This document shows, piece by piece, positions 40,139-52,652 of a stretch of DNA of 64,000 nucleotides. The notes beneath the pieces were generated by a model. That model saw only the letters and a program-made list of their open reading frames with translations. It was not told the origin of the DNA and made no database searches. This stretch comes from Cetorhinus maximus. Its lineage: Eukaryota. The position numbers and the translations under genes were made by a program. Positions within the stretch are counted from its first letter, which is position 1, and every line of letters begins with the position of its first letter. The DNA is taken from positions 23,064,001-23,128,000 of the forward strand of contig NC_135888.1 of assembly GCF_964194155.1 (NCBI RefSeq). The letters are read 5' to 3'.

Positions 40139-40782
40139 ACTGAAGTTCTCTGATTGGGATCCATGAACCTCTGGATTCCCCTCAGTTGGTCTGCAATGCA
40201 GGGTAAGTTAACGACATGGGCAACCTCCCAGGGCACCATGGTCAGAGTGAGTGAGCGAGTGCAGCCGGAGATGTGATCTGCTGCTCCCTCCCATTGTCTC
40301 CTTGCTCCTTTACCACTCCCCACCACCCCACCCCTGCTCCATCTCGCCCCCTGCTCCTGCTTTGCCTGCATTTGCTCTCCCCCTACTTCTTCTGTCCCCT
40401 GCACCTGCTCTCCCCCCTGCTTTCTTTGTGCTCTGCTGTCAGCAGGCTTCTCATGGTGGTGTGCCTTCCCCATTGCTCCTGCTCTCCCAAGTGCTTTATC
40501 CATATTCTACTCTGCTCCCCCAGCGCCCCCCCCCTCCCTCCCAGGGCTCCTGCTCACCCCTCACCACCACCTCTTTACATGCAAAACTTTTATATTATAA
40601 GTATTATATAATATTTTAATTTAGATGGAGAGGGTCTGTGATCCTGAATCCATTTGAAAATGGGTCTTTCAACCAAAAAAAAAATCATTGCTCTGTGATC
40701 GTCAAGGGATAGGGGGGAGGGAGTGGAAAAGTGGAGCTGAGCCAGAAGATTGGCTGTGATCTCACTGAAGGACAGAGCAGGC

Positions 40783-40892
40783 TATATGACCTGCTCCTGC
40801 TTATATGGCCTGCTCCTGCTATATGACCTGCTCCTGCTTATATGGCCTGCTCCTGCTATATGACCTGCTCCTGCGATATGGCCTGCTCCTGC
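40783..40892 (+). repeat. Minisatellite: six 18/19-bp units forming three 36-37 bp dimers
   Basis: tatatgacctgctcctgc alternates with ttatatggcctgctcctgc; the last unit is gatatggcctgctcctgc. Confidence 0.92.
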
Positions 40893-41351
40893 AACTATTT
40901 CCTATTTTGTGAGATAGCAAATGTTCATAAGAATACGATTTGATTCATTTTCTTTTTTTTTTGCCTGATTTAGTGACTGTTCCATCTTTAAAAAAAAAAG
41001 GGGGGGGGCACTTTTGTTAGGTTTGTTGAGATGACAACACTAGTGGATTGAAAGAGGCAAATGTTGGTTTGAACTGTTTTGGGGGAACGTGTTTTGATGC
41101 GAAGTTCTGAACAGCGATCGTGGAGTGTGAGCCGATAATTTACGTTGTACAACCAAAATTAAATTCGCCGTCAGTTTTAGTATTTTTGGAGGGGGGGGGG
41201 GGTGGAGGGCTGGGGGTATACATGATCAAAAAGGATGTCTAGTTGAAATAGGAAGATGATGTTTGGAAGTGCGGGGGGAGGGGAACTCACTGTAAATCAG
41301 TGGTGTCCACCTTTAAGAAGACCAGGGTGACTCAAGTTATGTAAGGTAAAG

Positions 41352-41621
41352 ATGGCAGCTTCCTATGTGAGAGTGGGGAGGCTTTGTGCCCGGCTTGTTG
41401 CTTGCAACAGGGCTTGCAGCTGGCAGGTCCTGGTGCTGCAGCCTGGCAGCAGGTTCTACGGGCAGGACAGAGGTTTGAGGGAGAAGTTGGCGGGGCGCCT
41501 GAAAGTTGGCAGCTCTGCCCTGAGCTTTGCATTGGTGCTGGGTGGGACCCTGGGATTGTACCACACGCTCAAGCACTACCTGCAGCAAGAGCAGCATCAT
41601 GCCGAGCAGCCATACACGAAG
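41352..41621 (+). CDS. PTGES2: PTGES2 coding exon 1 (Arg-rich transit-like N-terminus plus hydrophobic anchor ..LGGTLGLYHT..)
   Basis: ATG in good context (aagATGg), donor AAG|gtaaac, 270 nt. The GG.LGLYHT motif matches the PTGES2 membrane anchor. Confidence 0.88.
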
Positions 41622-42714
41622 GTAAACCGCGATTAAACAGGACAAAAAAAGAGGATATCAGGGGGCTCCAGTGCGGTCCCAGTAACTTTATTTGCAGGTA
41701 GATAGTAAGGTTTGCATTTCTTGTCAGTTTCTCATGGCATTCCTTATGTTGGGCTGGTGTGGGGTGGGGTAAATCTGCACTGATTTTGTGGCATAACGTT
41801 AAGTCCAACGCAGTGTGCTCCCTTTTGTCTTTTTTGCATTACTTTGCAGTGATCTGCTTTCAAACTCTCAGCTTAAATGCCTTTAGTTGTGTCGAATGTT
41901 ATCTGCAAAAGTATGATGATGCAGTTTATTTTGGACAAATGTGGCTGAAAGAACTTTTTTTTATTTAAAAAAAAATAACGTACAATTGTCCGTGCCATAA
42001 CATTATAACTTTCAATTTCACAGTACATTTCAAACTTGTCCATATGGGAGACACCTCTTAAAGATGTAAAATAATTCCCCTGTTCTAAGTTTCCAAAGGC
42101 AGTGATAGCCTTAAATACTTTTTACTTATGTTGCTGTCTAACAATGATAATGTATTAACAAGGCAATATTTTTATATTTGCCTGCTTAACACTCCTTAAA
42201 TTTCAAGGTCATTCATTGTATGTCAAGCACTATATAAACCACAAGTCTTTTTATATTGTGGTGTGAATTTTCATCATCGTGAAGTTATGTAGCATATTCC
42301 CAGAGGAACATAGGAACAGGTGGAGGCCATTCAGCCCTTTGAGCCTGTTCCATCATTCAGTTAGATAATGGCTGATCTGCATCGTAACTCCAACATTCTT
42401 GTCAGTCTTCAAAGTAAAAGGGATTTGGATGGTTGCTTGAAGAATAGGTGTTAAAAAGGTGGTGGAAGTAAGCAGGAGCATGCTCAGGGAACAGTGAAAA
42501 ATAACACTGGCACAGGTGCAGTGGGCTGATGAATTATTGTTCTGTGATCGCAATAATGATGTGTTCATACTGCTTCAATATTTCAGCGTAATGGAATTTT
42601 GGGTGCACAGTGACATAAAAGTGATTTACCTAATCTGATGCTTGAGCACACTGAAGCCAATTGGTATGAAATTCACTTCCAGGAGGTAGTCAGTGCCAAC
42701 AGTATAATTATAGA

Positions 42715-44452
42715 CCAGCGTCAGATGGGCTCAGTTGATTGCACACTTGTCTTTGAGTCAGAAAGTTTTTTTTTGGAAAAATATACTTTATTCATAAAAT
42801 ATCTGGAAAAACATACCAAACCATTTCAAAATCACCATCACAAAGGTACAATCAGGTTCAACTTTTACAACATGTATCACGAGGTGCATCAATACAATAA
42901 ATGAATATTACAATCATTTGCAAACATTCATTTTGAGCTGTACAGCCCGAGGGGCTCTAAACAGTTCCCAGTCCCTCGGTGCTCTGTGGCAGAAAGGTCT
43001 TAGACAGTGACCCTTGCCCATTGCGCCTTTGCGGCGGCTGCCCCAAGCTTTAGTGCATCCCTCAGCACGTAGTCCTGGACTTTGGAATGTGCCAGTCTGC
43101 AACACTCGGTCGGGGACAACTCTTTGCACTGGAAGACCAACAAGTTTCGGGCAGACCAAAGAGCGTCTTTCACCGAGTTGATGATCCTCCAGCTGCAGTT
43201 AATGTTTGTCTCGGTGTGTATCCCTGGGAACAGCCTGTAGAGCACAGAGTCCTGTGTCACAGAACTGCTCGGGATGAACCTCGACAGAAACCACTGCATC
43301 TCTCTCCAGACCTTCTTTGCAAAGGCACAATCTGCAAGGAGGTGAACAACGGTCTCGTCCCCACCACAGCCACCTCGAGGGTAACGTGCCAAGGGGGTGA
43401 GACTCCTGGCATGTAGGAAGGATCTGACGGGGAGGGCCTTTCTCACCACCAGCCAAGTTACGTCTTGGTGCTTGTTGGAAAGTTCTGGTGATGAGGCATT
43501 CTGCCAAATGACTTTGACAGTCTGCTTGGAGAACCATCTCACAGGATCCACCCTCTCCTTTTCTCGCAGGGCCTCTAGGACGTTACGTGCCGACCACTGC
43601 CTGATGGACTTGTGGTCAAAGCTGTTTCTCTGCATAAATTTTTCCACGAGGGACAGGTGGTACAACACGGTACAACTACTTGGAGCGTTCTGCGGCAGCG
43701 TGGCCAGACCCATCCTTCACAACACCGGGGACAGGTAGAACCTCAGCACGTAGTGACACTTGGTGTTTGCGTACTGAGGGTCTACGCACCGCTTGATGCA
43801 GCCACACACAAAGGTGGCCATCAGTATGAAGGCGATGTTGGGCACGTTTTTTCCCCCTTTATCTAGAGGCTTGTACATCGCGTCCCTGCGGACACGATCC
43901 ATTTTCGACCTCCAGATAAAGCGAAAGATGGCTCGGGTGATCGCCATCGCGCAGGAGTCTGGAATGGGCCAGACCTGCGCCACGTACAGCAACAGCGAGA
44001 GTGCCTCACACCTGATGACCAGGTTCTTACTTTGAGTCAGAAAGTTGTGGTTCAAGCCCCATGCTCAGGATTTGAGCACCTAATTCAGGCTGACAGTGCT
44101 GAGGAAGTGCTGTACTGTCTGAAGTGCACTTTCAGATGATGTGGTAAACCAAAGCCTCGCCTACCTTTTAGGTGGATTTAAAAGATCCCATGGCAACTAT
44201 TTTGAAGAAAAGCAGGGGTATTCCCCACAGGGCTTGTTCAATATTTATCTTCAGCTGACATCACTAAAGAGTATCTGGTCATTATCACATTGCCCCTTCT
44301 GGGACCTTGCTGTGTGCCAATTGGCTGCCATGTTGCCTACATTACAACAGTGAATACACTTCAACTGAGCACTTTTTGAGGTACTACATTGGCTGAAAAG
44401 TGCTTTTAATCAACCTGAAGCCATAAAATGTGCTATATAAATGCCAGTCTTT
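42715..44452 (+). mobile_element. tRNA-derived Deu-type SINE split by the Tx1 LINE (halves 42715-42767 and 44030-44452)
   Basis: Head ggctcagttg...gagtcagaaagttgtggttcaagcccc (A/B-box-like), body ..ttgctgtgtgccaattggctgcc..acattacaacagtg.. and L2-like tail gctatataaatgc. Confidence 0.75.
42768..44029 (-). mobile_element. 5'-truncated L1/Tx1-clade LINE with poly(A) tail and 17-bp TSD
   Basis: ORF2 C-terminus with zf-RVT-like GCGGDETVVHLLADC, and one in-frame TGA at 43717-43719. AATAAA and an A-tail lie on the minus strand near 42766-42792. TSD ctttgagtcagaaagtt at 42751-42767 and 44030-44046. Confidence 0.88.
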
Positions 44453-44796
44453 CCTCCCTCCCTCCGCCTAGTTCAATGCACCCGGGTCAGATACAGATAG
44501 GCACTTAAACAAATGCACTTCACTGTTGGGTCAGTTCTGAATGATAAAAAAGAACAAGCGGGAGGGTCCACTGAACTGGAATTTTGAAATAAAGTAAGAC
44601 CTGCATTTATATAGCACCGTTCACAATTTCAGGATACCCCAAAGCTTCTTACATCCAATGGAGTAGTTTTGAAGTGTAGTGTGGTAGTTTCCTACACTGT
44701 TGTCGTGTAGAAAATGCGGTAGCCAATTTGCGCACAAACCGCAAAGTGATGATGACAGGGTCATTTGTATTAGTGATACTAGTTGAGGATCGGTGA

Positions 44797-45129
<333 letters not shown>

Positions 45130-45239
45130 TAAATGTAGAGCATGAAATAATATTCATGAAATAAATGTAAAATTTACTTTTGTATTTCCACTTTAGTGAT
45201 ATAAATTAGGAAGCAAAATCTTTGCAAAGATTTTTTTTA

Positions 45240-45840
45240 AATTCACTCACGGGATGTGGGCTTCGCTGGCTGGGCCAGCATTTATTGCCCATCCCTAGTT
45301 GCCCTTGAGAAGGTGGCGGTGAGTTGCCGTCTTGAACCGCTGCAGTCCACGTGGTGTAGGTACACCCACAGTGCTGTTAGGAAGGGAGTTCCAGGATTTT
45401 GACAGTGAAGGAATGGCGATATACTTCCAAGTCAGGATGGTGAGTGACTTGGAGGGTTCTGGTGTTCCTATCTATCTGCTGCCCCTTGTCCTTCTAGATG
45501 GTAGTGGTTATGAGTTTGGAAGGTGCTGACTAAGGAACCTTGGTGAATTCCTGCAGTGCATCTTGTAGATGGTACACACTGCTGCTACTGTGTGTTGGTG
45601 GTGGAGGGAGTGAATATTTGTGGATGTGGTGCCAGTCAAGCAGGCTGCTTTATTCTGGACAGTGTCAAGCTTCTTGAGTGTTGTGGGAGCTGCACTCATC
45701 CAGGCAAGTGGGGAGTATTCCATCACACTCCTGACTTGTGCGTTGTAGATGGTGGACAGGCTTTGGGGAGTCAGGAGATGGGTTACTCATCACACAATTA
45801 CTAGCCTCGGGCCTGCTCTTGTAGCCACAGTATTTATTTG
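45240..45840 (-). mobile_element. 3' fragment of a non-LTR LINE (clade not resolved)
   Basis: Post-RT region MEYSPLAWMSAAPTTLKKLDTVQNKAACL..HSLHH; a degenerate relative lies at about 11975-12300 (+). Confidence 0.7.
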
Positions 45841-46509
45841 GCTATGATTAGGTAGTGGCTTCAGAATGTGGAAATCTGTTGGAACCCTTTCAGGATGGTG
45901 ACTGCAGCATATAATTTAGGTTGGCACTTGAATGCAGTAGCGAGGGAGTGCTGCATTGCATGAGGTACTGACTTTCCAATGAGGGTTTAAACCATCTGCT
46001 GCTGCCCTGTTTCAAATGGACGTTTAAGGTCACATGAAACTCTTTATAGCAGAGCATGGCGTTTTTCCCGACTCTTCCCTAACATTCAATCAATCAGCTC
46101 ATTGGGATCTTGCTGTGAACAAAAAGCTGCCACATTTGCCATCTTTAAATGTCAGATTACTTAATTGCACGCAAAGAAATTTAGGACATTTTAGAGCTGT
46201 GATGAAGTGTTATCCATGTGTGTCTCTCCGTATTCTCACTTGCTGTTTCTCCTCCCTTTCCTCTTCCTCTCCTTCAATCTCCCTTCATCTCTCTATTCTT
46301 ACCCCCATCTTTCTCTTTTCCCCATCCCCTCTTCCTCTTCACCCAACTTCTCCACCTCTCTCACTGCCCAATTTAGTATAAATTAGTTTAAACCTGAAAT
46401 TTGAGAAGTGAATGAAATGGGCGTATTGGAATAAAGACATAGAGTTGGATGTTTGTGAATTAAGTGTGGGATAAGCAGCTTTGAACTAATTTAGTTTCCT
46501 TTTTTTCAG

Positions 46510-46565
46510 CAAATCAATGATTCCTCAGTTATCATCAGCGCTGTAAAGACATTTTTACTGTCCAG
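46510..46565 (+). CDS. PTGES2: PTGES2 exon 3 (QINDSSVIISAVKTFLLSR)
   Basis: Acceptor ttttttcag and donor AG|gtaaat; 56 nt, phase 0/2. NDSSVIISA motif. Confidence 0.95.
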
Positions 46566-47492
46566 GTAAATCTGACGTGGCTACTGACACTCATTTGGAT
46601 ATTTATTTCCAAAGTTTTTTGCTTTGTGAAGTTTAGATTCTCTTTTTGAACAGAGCTTTTAGTTTCTTCATTTTCTTTTGTCGAAAGGATTCCCATTTTC
46701 CCCCTCTGGTTATTAATTTTATTTCAAACTTTTCACCTTTTTGCTTGAGATCTCCTTATCCTATAATTATAAAGATGTTTTTTGTTTTTTATTTGAACTC
46801 CAAAAGTCACTAATTTTTCCAGAAACATGAATTTTCTCTTCCTCCCCTGTGTTCAGCTGTTAAGGGTGCTTGTGGCACACTTATACCTTTTGCTCAAACA
46901 TATCCACTTACGCGTGTACACTTGCATTTTTACACACACATGCGTGCACACTCCTTCGTTAACTTAGGGACACATCCACTCTTCTTTTTCCCTCTCACTC
47001 ACAGACCAGACTCTTCCATTATTGCACACTTAGTCGCAATCTCATGTCCCTCTTAAAACCCATTCCCTCCTGCTCTCTGTCACAAACCCACAATCACCCA
47101 AACACGGTTTTTTGTCCATTTTGTAGGATTGTTCAATTTCTACTATTCCCCTCAGTTTTTACCTGTTGCTGAAGAGCCCAAAAGATTCCAAGGATTTTTT
47201 TTTTTCTTTTCAAAAATAGGAATGAGAAAAAGCAGAGCTCTGCTCTTCAAGTGTATTGCTTTATGAGCCATTCAGGTCCATCGATTTAGAGGGTAGCATA
47301 TTATCCTGGCTTTGGCCAGTACCATCATGTAACGGTTCCTGGAAATTAAGTGAAAGCAGCCTAATTTTTCTCTCCCCTTCCTTGCCTTACCTCTTGTGGG
47401 TAAGTGGCTGATTGATGAGCTCCTCGTTGGTGGCACAGTTAAAATTAGTGTACAAGTGCATAGCCGATTGTGAACACAATTCCACCTCCCCT

Positions 47493-47594
47493 GAAACTCT
47501 GATGAAGAGTCATACGGACTCGAAACGTTAACTGTGCTCCTCTCCGCAGATGCTGTCAGACCTGCTGAGTTTTTCCAGCTATTTTTGTTTTTGG
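47493..47594 (+). mobile_element. 102-bp Penelope terminal mini-insertion with hammerhead core, in PTGES2 intron 3
   Basis: 12-bp TSD tccacctcccct at 47481-47492 and 47595-47606. Core CTGATGA-A-GAGTC-atacg-GACTC-GAAA-CG-TT. Confidence 0.88.
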
Positions 47595-48594
47595 TCCACC
47601 TCCCCTCACTTTGTCTTGGATTTTTCACTTTGGCCGCAATCGGCAATCCAGTTGCAAATTGCACCCGGCTTGAGAAGTGTTTTTTTTTCTTCCCCATAAG
47701 TTTCTGTTCAAACTGATTTGCTTATCACTGAACACAAAAATCTGCCATGAGCCAGTGCAATTGGGCAGCATTTTGTAACTTTGTGAAAAAAAAAGCTTTA
47801 AAATTAGAGTGGTAACCTGGTGTAGTGTGATTTAATACAGCTGAAAATGTGTTTCTCACAAAAAATAAGAATTTTACTCAGATTGTCTGGTCTGCCACTT
47901 CTGAGTAACCTATTTTAAATAACTGAAAATGACTTTAAAAGAACAACATAGAACCATTTGCTAGTTATATTGGGATACAGAGGTCAGTTTCTTAGATTAA
48001 AATGATACTCAAAGCTTTAAAACTCACAAATGGTGTCCTTGCACCCAGAAGAATTAGCTTAATTTTTAGACCCTCCATGAAGGCCTGTAAACAAGTGCAA
48101 CTAGCATAAACTCTTAATGGCAATTAATTTCATCAGGAGGTATGACCAGTTTTAAAGGCAAGGGCAGCTTCTAGCAAAATATTTTTTAACCTAGCGTAAA
48201 AGATCTTGGAAACTTGAGTTGTGCTTGATACAGCTTGCTGGTTTGGCCAATTTTAGACAAATTGCATTAAAAAAAAACAGTGCAACTGAGAGGAAACCCC
48301 AGGCCCTTGTACCCACATCGGTATGTGAGCCTAGTGTTAGGAGACAGATGGTGACTTGGGGTCCCTCTTGAGTTGTCGCCCCACCACTTTGGGAGAGGTT
48401 GGCCTTCTATGATCGACCTCTTCTCTTCACACCTCCTGCCCTGCCATGGTACACCTCTGATCATCTACCGGGTGGATGAGCAATTACTGGTGTGGACTAG
48501 CTGTTTGAAAGCTCTGACATTGGTTTTTTTTAAAGAATTGTTAGTTGTGAATACTGGAACTGTTGACATGTATGTGGGTTTCAATTTACAAAAC

Positions 48595-49648
48595 AAAGAG
48601 TTGGAGGTATTGCGAACTGTGAGGAGGATAGTGATAAACTTCAAGAGGGCATAGGTTGGTGGAATGGACGGACATGAGGCAGATAAAATTTAATGCACAA
48701 AAGTGCGAAGTGATGCATTTTGTAGGGAGAATGAGGAGAGGCAATATATAATAAAGGGTACAATTCTGAAGGGACTTAGGAGCAGAGGGTTCTGCGGATA
48801 TATTGAAGGTGGTAGGGCAGATTGAGAAAGTGGTCAAAAAGGCATACGGGATCCTGGGCTTTATAAGTAGAAGCACAGAGTATGATAGCAAGGAAGATAT
48901 GATGAACCTTTATAAAACTTTGGTGTGGCCTCAGCTGAAGAATATTGTGTACAATTTGAGCAACATACTTCAGGAAGTATGTTCTCTGGATCCCACTACC
49001 ATGTGGAACATCGTGCACAATGTGCCCAAAGATATGGAGATTGAGAATCGGCCTGTTCAATCGCATGAAAACTCATGGCAGGAACTGGTGACCTTGAGTA
49101 GGCGTCATCCTTGAATCGAGAGACAGCTGATGATGACGACAATTTCAGAAGAGATCTGAAGGCTTTAGAGAGATGCAGAAAAAAAATTCATGAAAAATGG
49201 TTCCAGGGATGAGGGACTTCAATTACATGGATAGTTTGGAGAAACTGGGACTGTTCCCCTTAGAGTAAAGAAGATTGAGGGGAGATTTGACAGAGGTGTT
49301 CAAAGTCATGAGAGGTCTAGACAGACTAGGTAGCGAGAAACTTCCCGTTGGCGGAGGGATTGAGAACCAAAGGACACCGATTTAAGGTGGTTGGCAAAAG
49401 ATCCAGCGGCGACATGAGGAAAATCTTTTTTAAACAACATGTGGTTGGGATGTGGAATGCCCTGTCTGTGAGTGAGGTGGAGGCAGATACAATTGTGGCT
49501 TTCAAAAGGGAATTGGATAAGCACCTGAAGAGAGAAAATTTTCAGGGCCGTGGAGAAAGGGTGTGGAGTGGGATTAGCTGAGTTGCTCTTGCAGAGAGCT
49601 GTCATGACATGACGGGCTGAATAGCTTTTTGTAATCATTCTATGATTT
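48595..49648 (+). mobile_element. CR1-type LINE 3' fragment interrupted by an RTE-like 3' end (about 48978-49140)
   Basis: KVVKKAYGILGFISR..MNLYKTLVWPQL is CR1. The insert encodes a C..C..RIGL...KTH-like terminus and ends in gatgatgacgac. Confidence 0.75.
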
Positions 49649-49708
49649 TATACAACGTGCTGGTTTGTCTCTCCGTGCTGTTTACTTGCTGTTTCTTAAA
49701 AATCTCAG

Positions 49709-49861
49709 GCACAAAAACCTAACTCAGGTGGCATCATACTATCCAGAGATGAAATCTAAAGATGAGAAGGGGAAGGAAGTGGTTGAATACAACAACAAGT
49801 ACTGGGTGATGCTGGAGGACCAGGATGAAAAGCAATACTACTTCACCAAGGAGGCCAGGAA
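49709..49861 (+). CDS. PTGES2: PTGES2 exon 4 (HKNLTQVASYYPEMKSKDEKGKEVVEYNNKYWVML...KEARK)
   Basis: Acceptor ctcag and donor AA|gtaagt; 153 nt, phase 2/2. YYP.MK...GKEV.E..NKYW.ML motif. Confidence 0.95.
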
Positions 49862-50739
49862 GTAAGTAAACCATGAAGCACACTTCAAATCAATCATGTT
49901 TTTCTGATGTTATTTTTGAAAAATAAGCTGTTCTGGTTGGGATAGATTTCTATAATGTCCAATGCCCTCTTGTCCAGTCCTGGTAGGTGGAATGGATATG
50001 CCAGTGTGCCTTTGTTACCTCCAGACTTGACTATTCAAATGCTCTCCTAGCCAGTGTCTTATCTTTCTCCGTCCATAAATTCAAGCTCATTCAAAGCTCT
50101 GCTACCTAAATCCTAACTTGCACTGTCCCATTCACCAATCCACCCCCTGTTCTCATTGACCTACATTGGCTCCCGGTCAAGCAATGCCTCAATTTTTAAA
50201 ATTCTTATCTTTTTCAAATCCCTCCATGGCCTCATTCTTCCCTATCTCTATAATCTCCTCCAATTCTATAACCCTTCTGCGCTATCTGTGCTCCTCCAAT
50301 CTGGCCTCTAGCACATTCTCGATTTTAATCACTTCACCATTAGCAGCCATGTCTTCAGCTGCCTGGGCCCTAAGCTCTGGAATTCCCTCCCTAAACTTCT
50401 CTACCACTTTCTCCTCTTTTAAGATGCTCCCTCTGTGACCAAGCTTTTGGTTACATCCTAATGTGGCTTGATGTCAAATTTTATTTGATAACGCTCTGTG
50501 AAGCACCTTGGGAAGTTTTTGCTACTGTTAAAGGTGCTGTCTAAATGTAAGCTGCTTTTGTGTACAAACTTCAAATGGCTGGTGACACTCCTGTTTCCAC
50601 AGGGGAGGGAGGGAAGACACTGTGAGTTCATTATCTAGCTGTTGTTGTACCTGCCCTACGGTCTGCCTAAGTCATGGCCCATTACAAGGTTGATCAGCTG
50701 ACTTTGGTTATGGATGTTGGATGTTCTTTACCATATTGA

Positions 50740-50988
<249 letters not shown>

Positions 50989-51694
50989 TAAGGTTCCTTA
51001 GTAAGTCCAGACACCTGGATGGGAAGTGGGAGATTGCCCACCGGAAATGGAACCAGGACTGGTCGGAAGGATATCACGCCATGGAGAAGGTGCAGAGGAG
51101 ATTTACTAGAATGGTAGCAGGCATGATGGATTTCAGTAAAGGAGGGACTAGAGAATGCTCTCCTCAGAGCAGAGAAGGTTAGGGGGAGATTTAATAGAGA
51201 TGTTCAAAAACATGAAGGTTTTTGATACTAAATAAAGGAAATAAGGAAAGATTGTTTCTAGTAGCAGAAGGGCCAGTAACCAGCGAAAGCACTGTCTGAA
51301 AGGGATGTAGAAGCAGATTCAATAGGAACTTCCAAAAAGGGAATTGGATAAATACTGAAGGTTGAAAACTGCAACGTTATGGGGAAAGGGCAGACCAATT
51401 CGATAGCTCTTTCAGAAGAGCTGGCATAGGCATGATGGGTGAAATGGCGTCCTGTTGCACTGTAAGATTCTATGACTCCGCTGGCCTAAGGTGGTATCTC
51501 TGCACCGTTGACACCCGAATTGGATTTGAGAGAGAAATCTTACAGGGAACCAGATTACCACGGGAAATGCCACACGACCAATCTTTCCTACCATTCCTCT
51601 CGCTGCTTCAAGCTGTCATGTCATATCCACTGGTTGTCTGGGCTCAAACTCCAACTCCCTCATCCTTTTGGATCTCCTGTGCTGTGTCTTATGA

Positions 51695-51967
<273 letters not shown>

Positions 51968-52454
51968 TGAGGGGTGATCTGATAGAGGTCTTTAAGATTA
52001 AGATTATGAAAGGGTTTGATAGATGTAGAGATATGTTTCCATTTGTGGCACAGAAACAGGCTATTCAGCCCATCTTGTCTGTGCCAGTTTTTATGTTCCA
52101 CATGAGACTCCTCCAACATCTCTTCAACTCACCCTATCCATATATCTTTCTATTCCTTTCTCCCTTGTGTGTTTTTCTAGCTTCCCCTTAAATACACCAT
52201 CACCTCAACCGTGGAAGCAAGTTCCACATTCTAATCATTTGCTGGGCAAAGAAGTTTCTTTTGATTAACCTATTAGATTTATTAATGACTATCTTATATT
52301 TACGTGCTCTAGTTCTGGTCTCGCCCTCAAGTGAAAACATCTTCTTGATGTCTACCCTATCAAACCTTTTCATAATCTTAATCACCTCTATCAGGATCAT
52401 CCTCAGTCTTATGGATAACAGTTCCAGCCTGTTAAGCTTTCCTGATAGGTATAA

Positions 52455-52652
<198 letters not shown>

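Noticed and set aside
40132-40619. Overlapping 112-123 aa Pro/Leu-rich ORFs
   Set aside because: This is low-complexity C/T-rich sequence that lacks stop codons by composition, with no recognisable domain or splice context.
40783-40892. Short direct repeats as a CRISPR-like array
   Set aside because: The units are contiguous with no unique spacers, the context is eukaryotic, and the unit derives from a CR1 tail.
48390-48500. HDV-like ribozyme near an RTE fragment
   Set aside because: Only a cacac/gtgtg pairing and a ctcc motif are visible; I could not assemble P1, P1.1 and P3.
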